A DNA stretch of 64,000 nt from Eledone cirrhosa (Eukaryota): NCBI GenBank assembly GCA_964016885.1, contig OZ024743.1, positions 127,596,001 to 127,660,000 on the forward strand. The letters are read 5' to 3'. The notes beneath the pieces were generated by a model. It searched no databases. It was not told the DNA's origin and saw only the letters and a program-made list of their open reading frames with translations. Shown piece after piece: positions 12,541 through 25,685 of the stretch. The position numbers and the translations under genes are program-made. Each line of letters begins with the position of its first letter. Position 1 is the stretch's first letter.

Positions 12541-15218
12541 CTGTAGTATAAGTTTGGTGGAAATATCCAAGGGTAAGAGCACTCAGTCCATAGGATGAGT
12601 TAAGTATAATTAGTTACAACAGTGACATATATATAGGTATTTAAGTTTCGTTGGGTTATACACCCCAACTCATTCAGTCTGTTATATAAAGAAAGACGGC
12701 TACTACCATGGTTGAATGCGTTTTTTTGGGGGTGGGGGTGGGGGATATATAAGAGCTCTTCGAGGACAGGTAATTTCGAAATTTGCTATAAATAAACAAA
12801 ATTATTAGATAGATTAAAGGACGGTAGCTATCATAAAAAGTACCAAATTTATGCTAAGTTAGTAATTCAAAGAAATCAAATTCCTTGAAATTCAAATTAG
12901 TTAGTAATTCAAAGAAAATATATTTCTTGAAATCCAAATTAGTTAGTCTGGTCTATATCATTTTCTCAGAATGAATTTCACTTCTTGTGGACAGTGGTTG
13001 AAGCAGTCAAGGTATGTATTTAAGCAGTGTTTCTCTGAAGCCAGTTGTGAGAGTATATTCCGCTTTTCCAAGTTACATAGCCAGCATAATTTCATCCCAT
13101 TAACATAGGGGGTAGATTTTTCCAATATACTCCATTTAATGGAAAAAAGTGTATCTTTATTTTTAAGGCTCCATACATGGTTTGTGAGCTGGGTGGCATG
13201 TTTTTTGTCAGGATATCTGTTTCATGGTTTTTGAACTGGCTCTTGGACACTGTGACATAAGTCCAGGCTTCAGTTTTCTGATTCTGGTTGGTGGAGGTCA
13301 CTTCTGCTTGATATATCACCACTGGAGTGCTGCACTGTTGGTCTTGTGGGCATGTCTCTCACCTTCTACATGAGTATGCTTATGGTGGAGGACTTTTGCA
13401 TTTGCTGGTAATGTGGGTTTTAATGTTATTGGTACATGAGTAGTCTATTTTCACTGTATGGCGATTGAATATCTGTCAGTATTTATGGCCAATAGGGAAG
13501 TGGATATCGAGGAGGGCTAGGAATTTTCTACCTAGATTGGTTTTCACATTAAGTGTGAAAGGGGGTGCAAACTATATGACATCTTTATGTCTTGGATTCT
13601 TTCTTTATAGATGTAGGGCAGTGATCTGGAGAGTAAGTGATTCTTTCAGAGAAGCTGCTGTTGCTTAGTGATAAGTTGTAGTAGGGTGCTGCCCTATCAA
13701 AGATGGCTTTGCTAGATGAGAGGTGGGATGCCCTCTTACTAATATTATTGATAAGATTTTTCAAAACTATAGGTGGGTGGGTGACTACAGTCCTTATGAA
13801 TGTACTTACATTTTTCACTGGGTTTGTGGAATGGTCTGTATGTGCATGTCTATAGGTCTAAATTAATATCTAGGAGGTTAACATTGGTGAGATTGGTGGA
13901 TATAATAATTTTTAAGCCTAGGCTGTTGAAGGTAGTAATCAGGTTTCTTCTAAATGTGTCGAGGTCAAGGCCACTTTTATGGCTTGATAGTGCCAAACCG
14001 TCATCACAATATAGACCAATATGGAAGTCAGAGAATATATTACGTATTGTGTCTAAGATAAAAAGGCCCACCAAATCGCATATATTGGGGCTGTCAAGTG
14101 ATCCCTTTGACATGTCAAATGGGTCGTTGTTAGTGGATTTCTTTATCCATGGGTCCCCCTTGTTGAAGAGGAGGGTTTTTCTGTAGTGGGATATGACTAA
14201 TTGGTCTAACTCGTCTATATTGGTGAAATTGCTAGTGAAATCAAGGGCCTTATCAAGTAAAGTCCTGGATATCATGGGGTAAAAATCAATAATATCAAAT
14301 TGAGTGAGTATGTTTAAGGACATTAAACCAATATATAACTACTTGACTATTATCCCACTGATTAAGATTGGACTGTTGTCAAATGGATATATTAATTTTT
14401 CTAAGTATGTCTTTACTAACAAGTCCTAACTCTGTTTTAGCAGGGTTTATGAATCTGCAAGTTGGTTTATGGACAAAGTCATCCTGATGGCCCTTAAGCA
14501 TAATATAGGCCTCTCTCCTTGTCAAGTATTCTAACTTGTTATCTACTTTGTGGGTGGTGGCTATATGCTTCACCTCATTATTGATGGCGTAGGTAGCAGG
14601 GTCAGCTTTTTTGTATTTAGACTATGAGGTTTTGTTGAGAAGCTGGTTGTAGGCAGAATGATCTAGTTAATAAAGATTGTTAGTTTTATCAGATAGGATG
14701 CAAGTTCTATGAGAGGATTTGAAGTTTTTAATGTCTCTACTTATTTTATTCTGAAAGGAATTGGAGTGTTTGTGGAAGGATATGTTTGCAACCAGATTAA
14801 GAAGATCAGCTTCAAGAGAGTTCATTTACCTTAGGTGGGTACTTTCTAGACTTCAGGTTGAAAATATTGGCTGAACTTGATATACCATCAAAGGCCAGTG
14901 CCCTCCATCTCAATCAATTGACTACATCTTCAACTTAGTGGAGGAGGTGTTTAAAAGTAAGTCCTGCATGAAGGGGTCGGTATATTCTTCAGGGAGTAGT
15001 CAATCTCTCATAGGTCAATTTTCACATTGTGTAGAGTGCTCAGATATATAGAGCACTCAACCGGTTATAGTGGGTTGCCAATTGTACACTAGTGTATGAA
15101 TCTGCTGGTCACAATAAGCTTCTGGAGCTGGTTACTATAGTATAAGTTTGGTAGAAATATCCCAGGGTAAGAGCACCCAGTCCATAGGATGAGTTAAGTA
15201 TAATTAGTTACAAACTAA

Positions 15219-15222
<4 letters not shown>
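12540..15222 (-). mobile_element. Naiad-type Penelope-like element with direct pseudo-LTRs, decayed
   Basis: FDIIDFYP, GLYCDDGL, INPAKTELG; GIY-YIG VIYQAEV...CWLCNLEK; direct repeat 12540-12619 / 15134-15213. Confidence 0.88.
12615..12686 (-). ncRNA. Type I hammerhead (variant core CTGAATGA) in the Naiad 3' pseudo-LTR
   Basis: tataacag-a-CTGAATGA-GTTGGG/CCCAAC-GAAA-imperfect stem III-GTC-a-ctgttgta; 8-bp stem I with an A.A mismatch next to the core. Confidence 0.65.
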
Positions 15223-15263
<41 letters not shown>

Positions 15264-15398
15264 CATGTGTATATATATATATGTATATTATATATATATA
15301 AATATATATACATAAGCTGAAACCGCTTGGTACCACGATCAGGATATTGCATATTTCTCTCTCTCACTCTCTCTCTCTTTATATATATATATATATAT

Positions 15399-15817
15399 AC
15401 TCAGTAATAGAGAAGACCCGCCTTACCTAAATACATAGTAAAACCTACTACAGCCTGTAGGCATCTCTAACAAAATACACCCCCGCCCCACCACCCCACC
15501 CCATCCACACCACCCCCTTCAATGTAAAGTTATGTTGGTGCCACACCATCCAGGCCGAAACAAACGAGATCGTGTAGGTGTCACGACAAAACAACACACA
15601 GTCCACGCTGTAATGTGGCCGTGTAGGCAACACGGTAAAAACCTCCCAGACCCACACTGTAAATGTGGTTGGTGTTAGGAAGGGCATCCAACTGTAGAAA
15701 ACCTGCCAGACAGTCCCATGCAAGCAAGACAATCACTCTTGCCTCAAGTGGGAATACCCCCGTCCAAACCCATGCAAGCGTGGAACACGGACGTTAAACG
15801 TTGATGATGATGATGAT
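15399..15817 (+). mobile_element. RTE 3' UTR copy
   Basis: Near-identical to 178-590; (GAT)n tail. Confidence 0.9.
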
Positions 15818-15840
15818 ATATATATATATATATATATATA

Positions 15841-16302
15841 AAATACAATATGTTGAAAAGGTAACACACCAGAGAGAGAGATATAGTGCGTTATCAATAA
15901 TACATGGAAAAAACCACCAGTGTATGGAATCTATAACTTAGTGTTGTCTGAAATGTATGGCCTTACACACGCTGATGAACCGAGACTAGACCATTTCTTT
16001 CAACATATTTTTGGTGAAACATATCTTTGGATTTGTACGTGTGTTATATAGTTATAGAGGTATTTATTTACGCTTTAATTTATATTTTTAATTATCGTGT
16101 CTATAGTCTGCCTTTCATAGGTTATAGATTCCATACACTGATGGGTTTTTTCCCTGTATTATTGATAACGCACTATATATCTCTCTCTGGTGTGTTACCT
16201 TTTCAACATATTGTATTTTAAAGAGCTCAGGATCTCTTCTCCTTTGAGCACATTATTTACAGGGAATAGCGAGGCCCTATGCCTCCGTTAATTTATTGTG
16301 AT
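15841..16302 (+). mobile_element. Fold-back + tail element, family E
   Basis: Inverted arms ~15841-15937 / ~16121-16218, tail to ~16302, (TA)n on both sides, hammerhead in the loop. Confidence 0.8.
15965..16044 (+). ncRNA. Type I hammerhead ribozyme, intact core
   Basis: ACACACG-CTGATGA-ACCGA...TTGGT-GAAA-CATATC tttg GATTT-GTA-CGTGTGT; stem I 7 bp, stem II 5 bp, stem III 6 of 7 bp. Confidence 0.85.
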
Positions 16303-16319
16303 ATATATATATATATATA

Positions 16320-16350
<31 letters not shown>

Positions 16351-16351
<1 letters not shown>

Positions 16352-16475
16352 GGTCTGAGACAAGCTTTTGATTCCAGAGTTGGGCTAGATCGATATAGAT
16401 CGAACCTTGAGCTGATCAATAGCAAAATGTGCATCACTACTCAATAAATGTAACGAAGACATAACAAATTTGTCC

Positions 16476-16478
<3 letters not shown>
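16351..16478 (+). mobile_element. Decayed fragment of family C
   Basis: Shares GATCGAACCTTGAGCTGATCA...CAATAAATGT with 55900-55990. Confidence 0.65.
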
Positions 16479-16540
<62 letters not shown>

Positions 16541-16541
<1 letters not shown>

Positions 16542-16900
16542 GCGGTGGATTGGCAGTATCGGTAGAGAGTCGGACGCCATGCTTTGACGCATAGAGTTAC
16601 GGCCCCATGCTTTCCAGCATAGTTACGTCCCTTTACGACCTGAGTTCAAATTCCGTCGAGGTTAACTTTGCCTTTCATCCTTACGGGGTCGATAAAATAA
16701 AGTACCAGTAATGCATTGGGTAATTGCTGGCCTTGTGCCAATAGTAGAAACAATTATTATTATTATATATATCTGAGTTCAAATCCCGCCGAGGTTGACT
16801 TTGCCTTTCATCCTTACGAGGTCGATAAAATAAAGTACCAGTAATGCACTGGGTTATTGCTGGCCTTGTGCCTAAAGTAGAAACAATTATTATTATTATA
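16541..16900 (+). mobile_element. tRNA-derived SINE, full plus partial copy
   Basis: A-box TGGCAGTATCGG, B-box GAGTTCAAATYC, conserved body TTTCATCCTTACGGGGTCGATAAAATAAAGTACCAG, (ATT)n tail. Confidence 0.9.
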
Positions 16901-17528
16901 TATATATATCATACACATGCATATCTATACACTAGTGATATATGTACACCTGCTATCTATATCCTAGCCATATATACGTATATGTATGTCTTAATTTTCT
17001 CTATGAAAACACCCTGAAAGAGTGCTTCTGGCATGGTCATTTTTTTCAATTTGAATCAATGCCAGCATGTGTTCCCTGTAAATTGGTCATGCCTGGCTTA
17101 CCACCCCTTTGATGTGACATCATACATCACAGATAGTTTGAGATTTACAACTACACCACTTGTGTCCACCAACAGGTGTACTAGCTAGCCATACAGAACT
17201 TTCCGGTCCAGGGAGGCAAACCACCGCTGATGAAGCAGTTACTGCCTAATTACGTAATGATACTAACATTACGTAATTTCTGCACATGGTGGCTCCATTC
17301 AAACCATAGTTGGCAGAGTGGAATTGTAGAAACTGGTGCATCAGTCCAGATAACTCAAATTTCTTACCCACACGAAGTCGACTTCTTCACTGGTTAATGT
17401 TTTAGTGTACACTCTAATCAGTTGGGTTCAAATTTTAATGCTACAGATTGAATTGAATTGAGTGAGTGAGGAAACAACCAAAGCTGTGTCCATTCTATTC
17501 AATACGCTTTGTTCCATTTTACACATAA

Positions 17529-17578
<50 letters not shown>

Positions 17579-17609
17579 ATGATGATGATGATGATATATA
17601 TATATATAT

Positions 17610-19117
17610 ATGAGATGCAATTTGGGTTTGTACCAGGGAAAGGCACCACTGATGCCCTCTTCCTTGTGAGGCAGTTACAGGAAAAGTACATAGCTAAAAG
17701 TAAGCTGCTTTACCTGGCATTTGTCGATCTGGAAAAAGCCTTCGAAAGAGTCCCCAATGCTATAATCTGATGGACTCTTAGAAAATTAGGAGTAGATGAA
17801 TGGCTTGTGAAAGCTGTACAAGCCATGTATAGGGGAGCAGTCAGCAAAGTTAGGATTAGCAATGAGTATAGCGAGGAATTTAGCGTACAGGTCGGTGTCC
17901 ACCAGGGCTCTGTTCTTAGCCCTCTCCTGTTCATTATAGTTTTGCAGGTAATAACAGAGGAGTTTAAGACCGGATACCCATGGGAACTCCTGTATGCGGA
18001 TGATCTCGCACTTATAGCTGAATCCATGGTGGAACTAGAGAAGAAATTCCAAACATAGAAGCAGGGACTAGAAAGAAAGGGTCTCAAAATCAACCTGACA
18101 AAGACTAAGGTTCTTGTAAGTAGACGAGAAAACAGAACCCAGATTCCCTCAGGGAAATGGCCTTGCTCAGTATGTAGGAACTCCATTCTCTGCCCCAAAT
18201 GCAAACAATGGGTACACAAGAGATGTAGCAGGATCTCAGGAAGCTTAACTAAGAATGTAGGCTTCACATGTAGCAGCTGCGCTGGGACAGCAGGCAGCAA
18301 ACAGCCACAGGAAACAAGCACCACCAAACTCTGGGAGGGCTCTGTAGACACAGTAGACAGCTTCTGCTACCTAGGTGACCGAATTAGCAGCGGAGGTGGG
18401 TGTTCGGAAAGTACAATAACTAGGGTAAGAACGGGATGGAAGAAGTTCAGGGAGCCATTGCTAGCTGCAATGTTACATGAAAGTGAAACCTGGGCGCTGT
18501 CTGTAGAAGACTTGTGTAGAAAGAAAAGAAGCCTGCATGCTCCGATGGAGGAGTAATAGTAATATACGCGAACGGCAAAGTATAAACGAATTGAGAGCGA
18601 GAGACTGAGCATAAGAGGAATCAAATGCTGTGTGCAGAAGAGGAGGTTACGTTGGTATGGACATGTGATGCGTATGAAGGATGACAGGTGCAGAGAACTA
18701 GAAGTCGATGGAAGCTGCGGAGTGGGGAGACCCAAGAAGATCTGGGATGAGGTGATAAAGGCTGACCTTACCCAATTGCACCTCTCAAGGGCAATGACAC
18801 ACGACCGTGACCTCTGGCGTCACACAGTAATACAGAAGACCCGACTCCCCCCCCCCCGCAAGAATAAGCCGAAGCTGAAGCATATAAACAATATGCCCCC
18901 CCCCTGCAAAGTGATCATGGAGGTGCCATGGCAAAAACCACCCAGCCCTCACTGTAAATGAGGTTGGTGTTAGGAAGGGCATCCAGCTGTAGAAATCAAG
19001 CCAGCATCAGTTCCTATATGAATAAGACAAAGTCAGCCGACTGGACACTGCCCATAACAGGACAACCCGTCTAACTCATGCTAGCGTGGAAGAACGGACG
19101 TAAAACGGTGATGATGA

Positions 19118-19121
<4 letters not shown>
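17610..19121 (+). mobile_element. 5'-truncated RTE LINE
   Basis: QFGFVPGKGTTDA, AFVDLEKAF, GVHQGSVLSPLLF, LLYADD; stops; (GAT)n tail. Confidence 0.93.
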
Positions 19122-19155
<34 letters not shown>

Positions 19156-19534
19156 TCAAGTACTTAGCTAAACATGGTCTTAGTAGTGTAAACTGGTAAC
19201 TCCCAATCTCTCTCTATATACACCAGCCACACACATCAAGTAGAAACAGACAGACAGACATAAAACTGTCTGCCTATTGAATTGATTCTTTCCTCACCAT
19301 CATTATTCCCTGCAGCCTCAACAATGTTTATGTATCATATTGCTGTTTATATACATTTTATACAAGGCATTGCTGTGTGTATAAAATACCTATATACACT
19401 TTATAGAAGACATGGGTATTTAAACACTTTATGCTAGATATTGGAGTATGTATACAGTTTATACAAGACTTTGGTGTGTGTATACATTTTATGCAAAATA
19501 TTATTGTGTATATACTTTATGTAGCACATTTACA

Positions 19535-19567
<33 letters not shown>

Positions 19568-19575
19568 AATATGTA

Positions 19576-19651
<76 letters not shown>

Positions 19652-19677
19652 TATAAATATATACATATATATATATA

Positions 19678-20920
19678 TCATCAGCATCACCATCTTCGTT
19701 TAATGTCCATCTTCCACGCTTAGCATGGGTTAGACGGTAGTTGTCCCACTTGAGGCAAGGTTGGTCGGGTGACCTGTCTCGCTCATATAGGACTATCTGG
19801 CAGGTTTTCTACGGCTGGATGCCCTTCCTAACACCAACCACATTTACAGTGTGGAACTGGGAACTTTTTACCGTGTTACCTACGCGGCCACATTACAGTG
19901 TGGACTGTGTGTTTTTTTCTCATGACACCCACACGATCTCAATCTCATTATCGCATTTATTTGGACTGGATGTTGTGGTACCAACTTTACAGAGAGAGGC
20001 TGGTGTTGGTGGATAGGGTAGGAGTAGTGGATTGTGGTGTATATTTGCTTAAGAGGTGCCTACTGACTGTAGGTTTCGCTTTGTACATAGGAAAGGCGGT
20101 TCGTCTGTATTACTGTGTAGTGCCAAAGTTCTCGGTCCAGTCACATTGTCTTAGAGAGGTGCAAGTGTGTAAGGTCGGAATTTATCAGATTGTCTCAGGT
20201 TTTTCTGGGTCTACCTACTCCGTAACTACCATCAATTTTGATCGCCCTGCACTTTTTTATACAGCTGTCGTCTTTCATGCGCATCACGTGACCATACCAA
20301 TGTAGTCTTCTCTCAAGTAAACAGCATCTGATCCCTCTTATTCCTAATTTCTCACTTAGTTCATTTATGCTTTGCCGTTCACGTATATTACTATTACACA
20401 TCCAACGGAGCATGCATGCTTCGTTCCTTTCCAGTCTGCTCAGGTCCTCTGCACGTAATTCCCATATCTCACTGCCATATAGCATTGCTGTTCGTATACA
20501 GGCATCATACAATCTGCCTTTCATTTTTAGAGAGAAACCTTTAGTGGCCAACAGCGGTATAAGCTCTCTGAACTTTTTCCACCCCGTTCTAACTCTGGCT
20601 ACTGTACTTTCAGAACATCCTCCTCCACTGCTGATTTCGTCACCCAGGTAACGGAAAGTGTCTACTATTTCTATAGAACCATCTGGGCAATAGAAGGAGC
20701 TAGTACCCTGTGGACACCTGCTACCTATTGCACATGAGCATCGACCACATATAAAGTCTACGTTCTTAGATAGTTTACCTGTGATCCCACTACATCTTTT
20801 ATGTACTTTGCATTTGGGACATAAAATTGAATTTCTACCAACTCCTTTCCTACACACTGAGCAAGGGCATTTCCCTGAGGGTACCTGTGCCTTATTTTCT
20901 TTTCTACAAACTAGGACTAT
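19678..20920 (-). mobile_element. 5'-truncated RTE LINE
   Basis: CPCSVCRKGVGRNSILC...FRYLGD...WYGHVMR...GRPRKT; (CAT)n on + strand. Confidence 0.92.
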
Positions 20921-20946
20921 AAATATATACATATATATATACATAC

Positions 20947-21029
<83 letters not shown>

Positions 21030-21032
<3 letters not shown>

Positions 21033-21612
21033 CGTTTCTGAATTTGTTTAGCAAGATTCTTTATCTGAAATCGTGTGTTGAAACCGATATTGTTATACTT
21101 TGGGAGGGTCATGTTGCCAATAAGAAACACACGCACCAGTTGCTTTCACTTCAATTTATTATATATTTATAAATTTATAAATCTACAAATCTACAAACTT
21201 ATAAATTTCTGGTTGGTTGGTTGGTTCCACAACGAGATAGTTGTTTATATATAGTCATAGTCCTTTCGTCACACACTCTGTGACCTCTTCAGTGACTGGG
21301 GATTCCTTTCTTTGTTTCTGTGCCTTTCCTTTCTTCTGTCCTACGCCAAAAATGGCGTAGGACAGAAGAAAGGAAAGGCACAGAAACAAAGAAAGGAATC
21401 CCCAGTCACTGAAGAGGTCACAGAGTGTGTGACGAAAGGACTATGACTATATATAAACAACTATCTGGTTGTGGAACCAACCAACCAACCAGAAATTTAT
21501 AAGTTTGTAGATTTGTAGATTTATAAATTTATAAATATTTAATAAATTGAAGTGAAAGCACTGGTGCGTGTGTTTCTTATTGGCAACATGACCCTCCCAA
21601 AGTATAACAATA
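21030..21612. mobile_element. Solo fold-back of the family A pseudo-LTR (hairpin + tail)
   Basis: Arms ~21087-21347 / ~21354-21612 around CTACGCC-aaaaat-GGCGTAG; tail 21030-21086 matches 6934-6992; a hammerhead in each arm. Confidence 0.9.
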
Positions 21613-21650
21613 TATATATATACATATATATATATGAATATATATATATA

Positions 21651-21839
21651 ACGAAGGAGTTGTGGTAAGGGACCAGATGGACCATAACGCACCAGAGTAC
21701 TCAATACTTAGGGTAGTAGAGTGAGAAATAGGAAAAAGTATGACCCCGACGGCAGAGCTCAAGCCGTTTCGACGGCTATTTCTGGACTCATAGAAACAGC
21801 CGTCGAAACGGCTTGAACTCTGCCGTCGGGGGTCATACA

Positions 21840-21846
<7 letters not shown>
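21651..21846 (-). mobile_element. Fold-back + tail element, family B
   Basis: Hairpin 21729-21846, tail 21651-21728; arms hold the hammerhead 3' half GAAACGGC..GCCGTC. Confidence 0.85.
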
Positions 21847-21931
<85 letters not shown>

Positions 21932-21959
21932 ATCAAAAGATGGTTAAAAGAGTTCCATG

Positions 21960-22030
21960 TATTTTATTATGCGCATTTCAAAAACAAATATCATCATGCG
22001 ATGACATTTGCGTTTTCGTCAGATAAAATA
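21960..22030 (-). ncRNA. Type I hammerhead with palindromic stem III, intact core
   Basis: TATTTTAT-CTGACGA-16-bp stem II (one mismatch)-GAAA-TGCGC-ATA-ATAAAATA. Confidence 0.85.
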
Positions 22031-22702
22031 GGGAGACATGATATGAAGGTTAAAAAACTCTTGTGAATAGTGCAGTTTTAAATCAACATATGAAAAGTAG
22101 TTTTTGATTGATGTGTGATATTGGGAAAAAAAATGAGGTGGGGGTGGAAAGGATGAAAAAGAGGAGGAGATGAGAGTAAAGAATGGAGGGGGAGGAGTAT
22201 AATGAGGAAGGATGAGATAGGAGGAGAGATGGGTGATAGAGAGAGAGAGATAGCTTTTATAACTGAGAAAAATATATTGTTTTACAGAGAGAGGTTAAAA
22301 AACCGTTGGAAGATAATATATAATTAAAAGAATTTGAAAATTAACGAAGAGAAAAAATTTTGAATAATGTTAAATTAAGGTTTGTATATTGAAGGGTTTA
22401 ATAATATGTGCGATGAAAAGAAATTGTTAATATGTATTAAGAATAATATTAAGTTAAGGTTTGAATATTGAAGGGTTTAATAATATGTGCGATGGAAAGA
22501 AATTTCTCCTCCTATCTCATCCTTCCTTATTATACTCCCCCCCCCTCCATTCTTTACTCTCATCTCCTCCTCCTTTTCATCCTTTCCACCCCCCCCCCTC
22601 ATTTTTTCCCAATATCACACATCAATCTAAAACTACTTTTTATATGTTGATTTAAAACTGCACTATTCACAAGTGTTTTTTAACCTTCATATCATGTCTC
22701 CC

Positions 22703-22773
22703 TATTTTATCCGACGAAAACGCAAATGTCATCGCATGATGATATTTGTTTTTGAAATGCGCATAATAAAATA
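22703..22773 (+). ncRNA. Mirror copy of the family D hammerhead (CCGACGA variant)
   Basis: Same fold as 21960-22030 with a T>C change in the core. Confidence 0.75.
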
Positions 22774-22925
22774 CATGGAACTCTTTTAACCATCTTTTGA
22801 TCTTATATATTATTTATACTCCAGTCCTACAAACTGTAGAGTGCTACTTATCCGATATCTGCATTGATTTATTGTACTACAATAAAACTCACCTCCTACA
22901 TATATATATATATATATATATATAC

Positions 22926-25275
22926 ACAGTTCAAGAGTAACCAATCTTAAAGAGAGAGATGGAGATAGGAGAGGAAATAGGAGAGGAGAAGAGAATTGGT
23001 GAATTAGTTAGAAGCCAAAGCGTAAAGGCATGTGCTCAATGTGCAATATGCAGTGGAAGGCAGCTAGGTGGCTGGGTTCATGCAGAGGTTAGGTGCGCAG
23101 AGCTGGAAATATTCATTAGTTAAGCAAAACAAGACCACAAATTTCACAAGGAAGACATTATTAAAAGGTTGTCAACATATTTTAGTTTGATGTAAGGAAT
23201 AATAATAATAATATTAATAATAATAATGTCCGTTTACAATTGTTTCACTACTCCATATAATATTTCTGGATCAAATGATTATAGATCATTATTGATCTGG
23301 TTCAGTTGAAAATAATTAACACAGGTAAAAATAGAGCAGCTCATCGGAACTTCAAAAGGAATATAAATTAAAATAAGGGAAGAATGTTACATGAATGTAA
23401 TGTTCCATATATTGGTATTTCACTATGGTGTCCTGGGTATATCTATTGTCTGCCATAGTCGAGCAGTATTCTTCGGTCGAGGCTGCATTGTGTGAGATCT
23501 GCCTATGGGTAACAAGATGGCCGCCAATCGACATATTTACCTTACCAATTAGAGGGTGGTTTCAGGGGAAGTAACTCCTCGAGAGATTAGAAATTGTGGG
23601 TAGTTTATAGTTAAGAAATGGTAATTTTTTAATTTTTAATTGAAAGACAATGTAAGGGAGGTAACTTATAATTATCTAAGTTAGCTATAACTATTTAACT
23701 TATTAGCTACAAGTAAAAATGGGGCTAGATGACTACGTTGGGTCAAATATTCTGTTGGCGAAGGAATTAGCCCTTCGATGTTGACAGCTAATAGTTAACT
23801 CCGTTCTATCGTTAATCGGTAGAGGTCGTGATAGAGTTATGTAATATGCTTCGGTAAGACAGAGGTCACAAGAGTTTCTTCGTCCATTGAACGGTTGGGC
23901 CCTAGCCAAGATATCCCATGTTAGTGAGTGTTCAATGTCGGTTAATTTAAGGTTTTTAATGAGCCTAGCCAGAGATGTCGAACATCTGTTGTTAGGGTAT
24001 CGGAAGGAAAAAGAGTGCGCGTTACAGCGTGCCTTAAAATGGTTAGAGGTAGGGCCGATATAGGAGTTGGTATGCGAAGTAGTTTTAACCGTACACCCAT
24101 AAACTATATTGGGTGTCAGGCAATGTCCATTTAGTGGGCATGCATTAGGGTAACGGCAGTTGCAGTTACTTCTGCGGTTAGTGAGAGTAGGGTTGTTTAA
24201 TCTAAGCGGTTGGTCAGTGCTAGAAGGATTAGATGGGGGAGGTGTGCTACTAGAGTAAGTTTGGTGTAGTGGCGTGGTGTATTTGATGGGCGTGGTAGTA
24301 CCGCGGTGTGGGAGTTATACTGTCTTAGTTTATGATGGTTACTGAATGTGATGTGGCTAGCTAGGTTAGGTGTTGTGGAGAATGAGATTTTAATGTTATT
24401 TTTATTAAAGAGTTTGTAATATCTATGGTTGGGGGGGGGGGTGTTTAGATAGGATAGAGAAGAAGCGTTTAGAGATATTAGTGGCTAGATTAGATGAGAA
24501 TGGGGGGTTAAGCCAGGTGATATTTCTAGGCCAATTCCTTCTAGGCGTTCTAGTGGAGTTGGTAGGGGCCTTCATAGGGTTATTATTACCCGGGCATTTG
24601 TTATTTGTCATCCCATTGCTCATTCTTATTCTAGGGTTGATTTTTAGTTTGCTACTTGGAGTGGGAAGCAGGCCACTGCCACCATTAAGGTTCCCTGTAT
24701 AAGTGCTGTTACTGCTAAAATTCCGGCGAATCTGGCTATATGCTAAGGTATTTCTAGTTCTAGTGTTAAGTTTATTATGGTGAATTGCTGTGTTATGGCA
24801 TTTAAGTATGTAGTAAATGGATTGTTCATAACCAGATTCAGAAAGAGCCTTATTATAATATGCTGCATGGTTTATAAATATCTCCTCATTTGCTAATAGC
24901 ATGGAGATCCTATACGAGATAGATTTGATTACTGCTCTGATGACTGCCGGTGGGTGGTTAGAGTGTGGGCTAATATATGTAAGTATTTCACCTGGTTTAT
25001 GATAAGGGTAATATAGGTTATTGTTAAGATCCAAGGTAACGTCTAGGAAGTTTATTACTTTATGGTTCGGCTCGATGGTGATAGAGAGACCGTTATTTTT
25101 AAAGAATCTATGTAATTGTTTTTTGAGCAAGTCAATGCCTAGGTTAGTGCAATTGTGGACTGCAAATAAGGCGTCGTCCCTATATATTCCGCCTTGCAAG
25201 GGTTGGATTTCAGCTCTGATGTTATGTAATAGGTAAATTCCAACTAAATCGGTGATTTGCGCAAAGTCACTTGAG
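22926..25275 (-). mobile_element. 5'-truncated Naiad-type Penelope-like element
   Basis: GGIYRDDAL, NFLDVTLDL, ITWLNPPFS; GIY-YIG CNCR...CPLNGHC...YIG...CDLC...CQH at ~23735-24170; tail 22926-23110. Confidence 0.92.
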
Positions 25276-25685
25276 CCAACAGAATATTTGACCCAACATA
25301 GTCATCTAGCCCCATTTTTACTTGTAGCTAATAAGTTAAATAGTTATAGCTAACTTAGATAATTATAAGTTACCTCCCTTACATTGTCTCTCAATAAAAA
25401 AAATTAAAAAATTAGCACTTCTTAACTATAAACTACCCACAATTTCTAATCTCTCGAGGAGTTACTTTCCCTGAAACCACCCTCTAATTGGTAAGGTAAA
25501 TATGTCCATTGGCGGCCATCTTGTTACCCATAGGCATATCTCACACAATGCAGCCTCAACAGAAGAATACTGCTCGACTATGGCAGACAATAGATATACC
25601 CAGGACACCATAGTGAAATATCAATATATGGAACATTACATTCATGTAATATTCTTCCCTTATTTTAATTTATATTCCTTTTGAA

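Larger units (their letters stand above)
21928..22900. mobile_element. Fold-back + tail element, family D
   Basis: Inverted arms ~21928-22230 / ~22505-22807, tail to 22900, (TA)n flanks; ~50-bp duplication in the spacer. Confidence 0.88.

Noticed and set aside
15311-15355. GAAACCGCTTGGTA hammerhead 3' half between microsatellites
   Set aside because: Too short; no 5' core or stem I to support it.
16541-16660. tRNA genes
   Set aside because: A/B boxes belong to SINE heads; no cloverleaf; followed by SINE body and tail.
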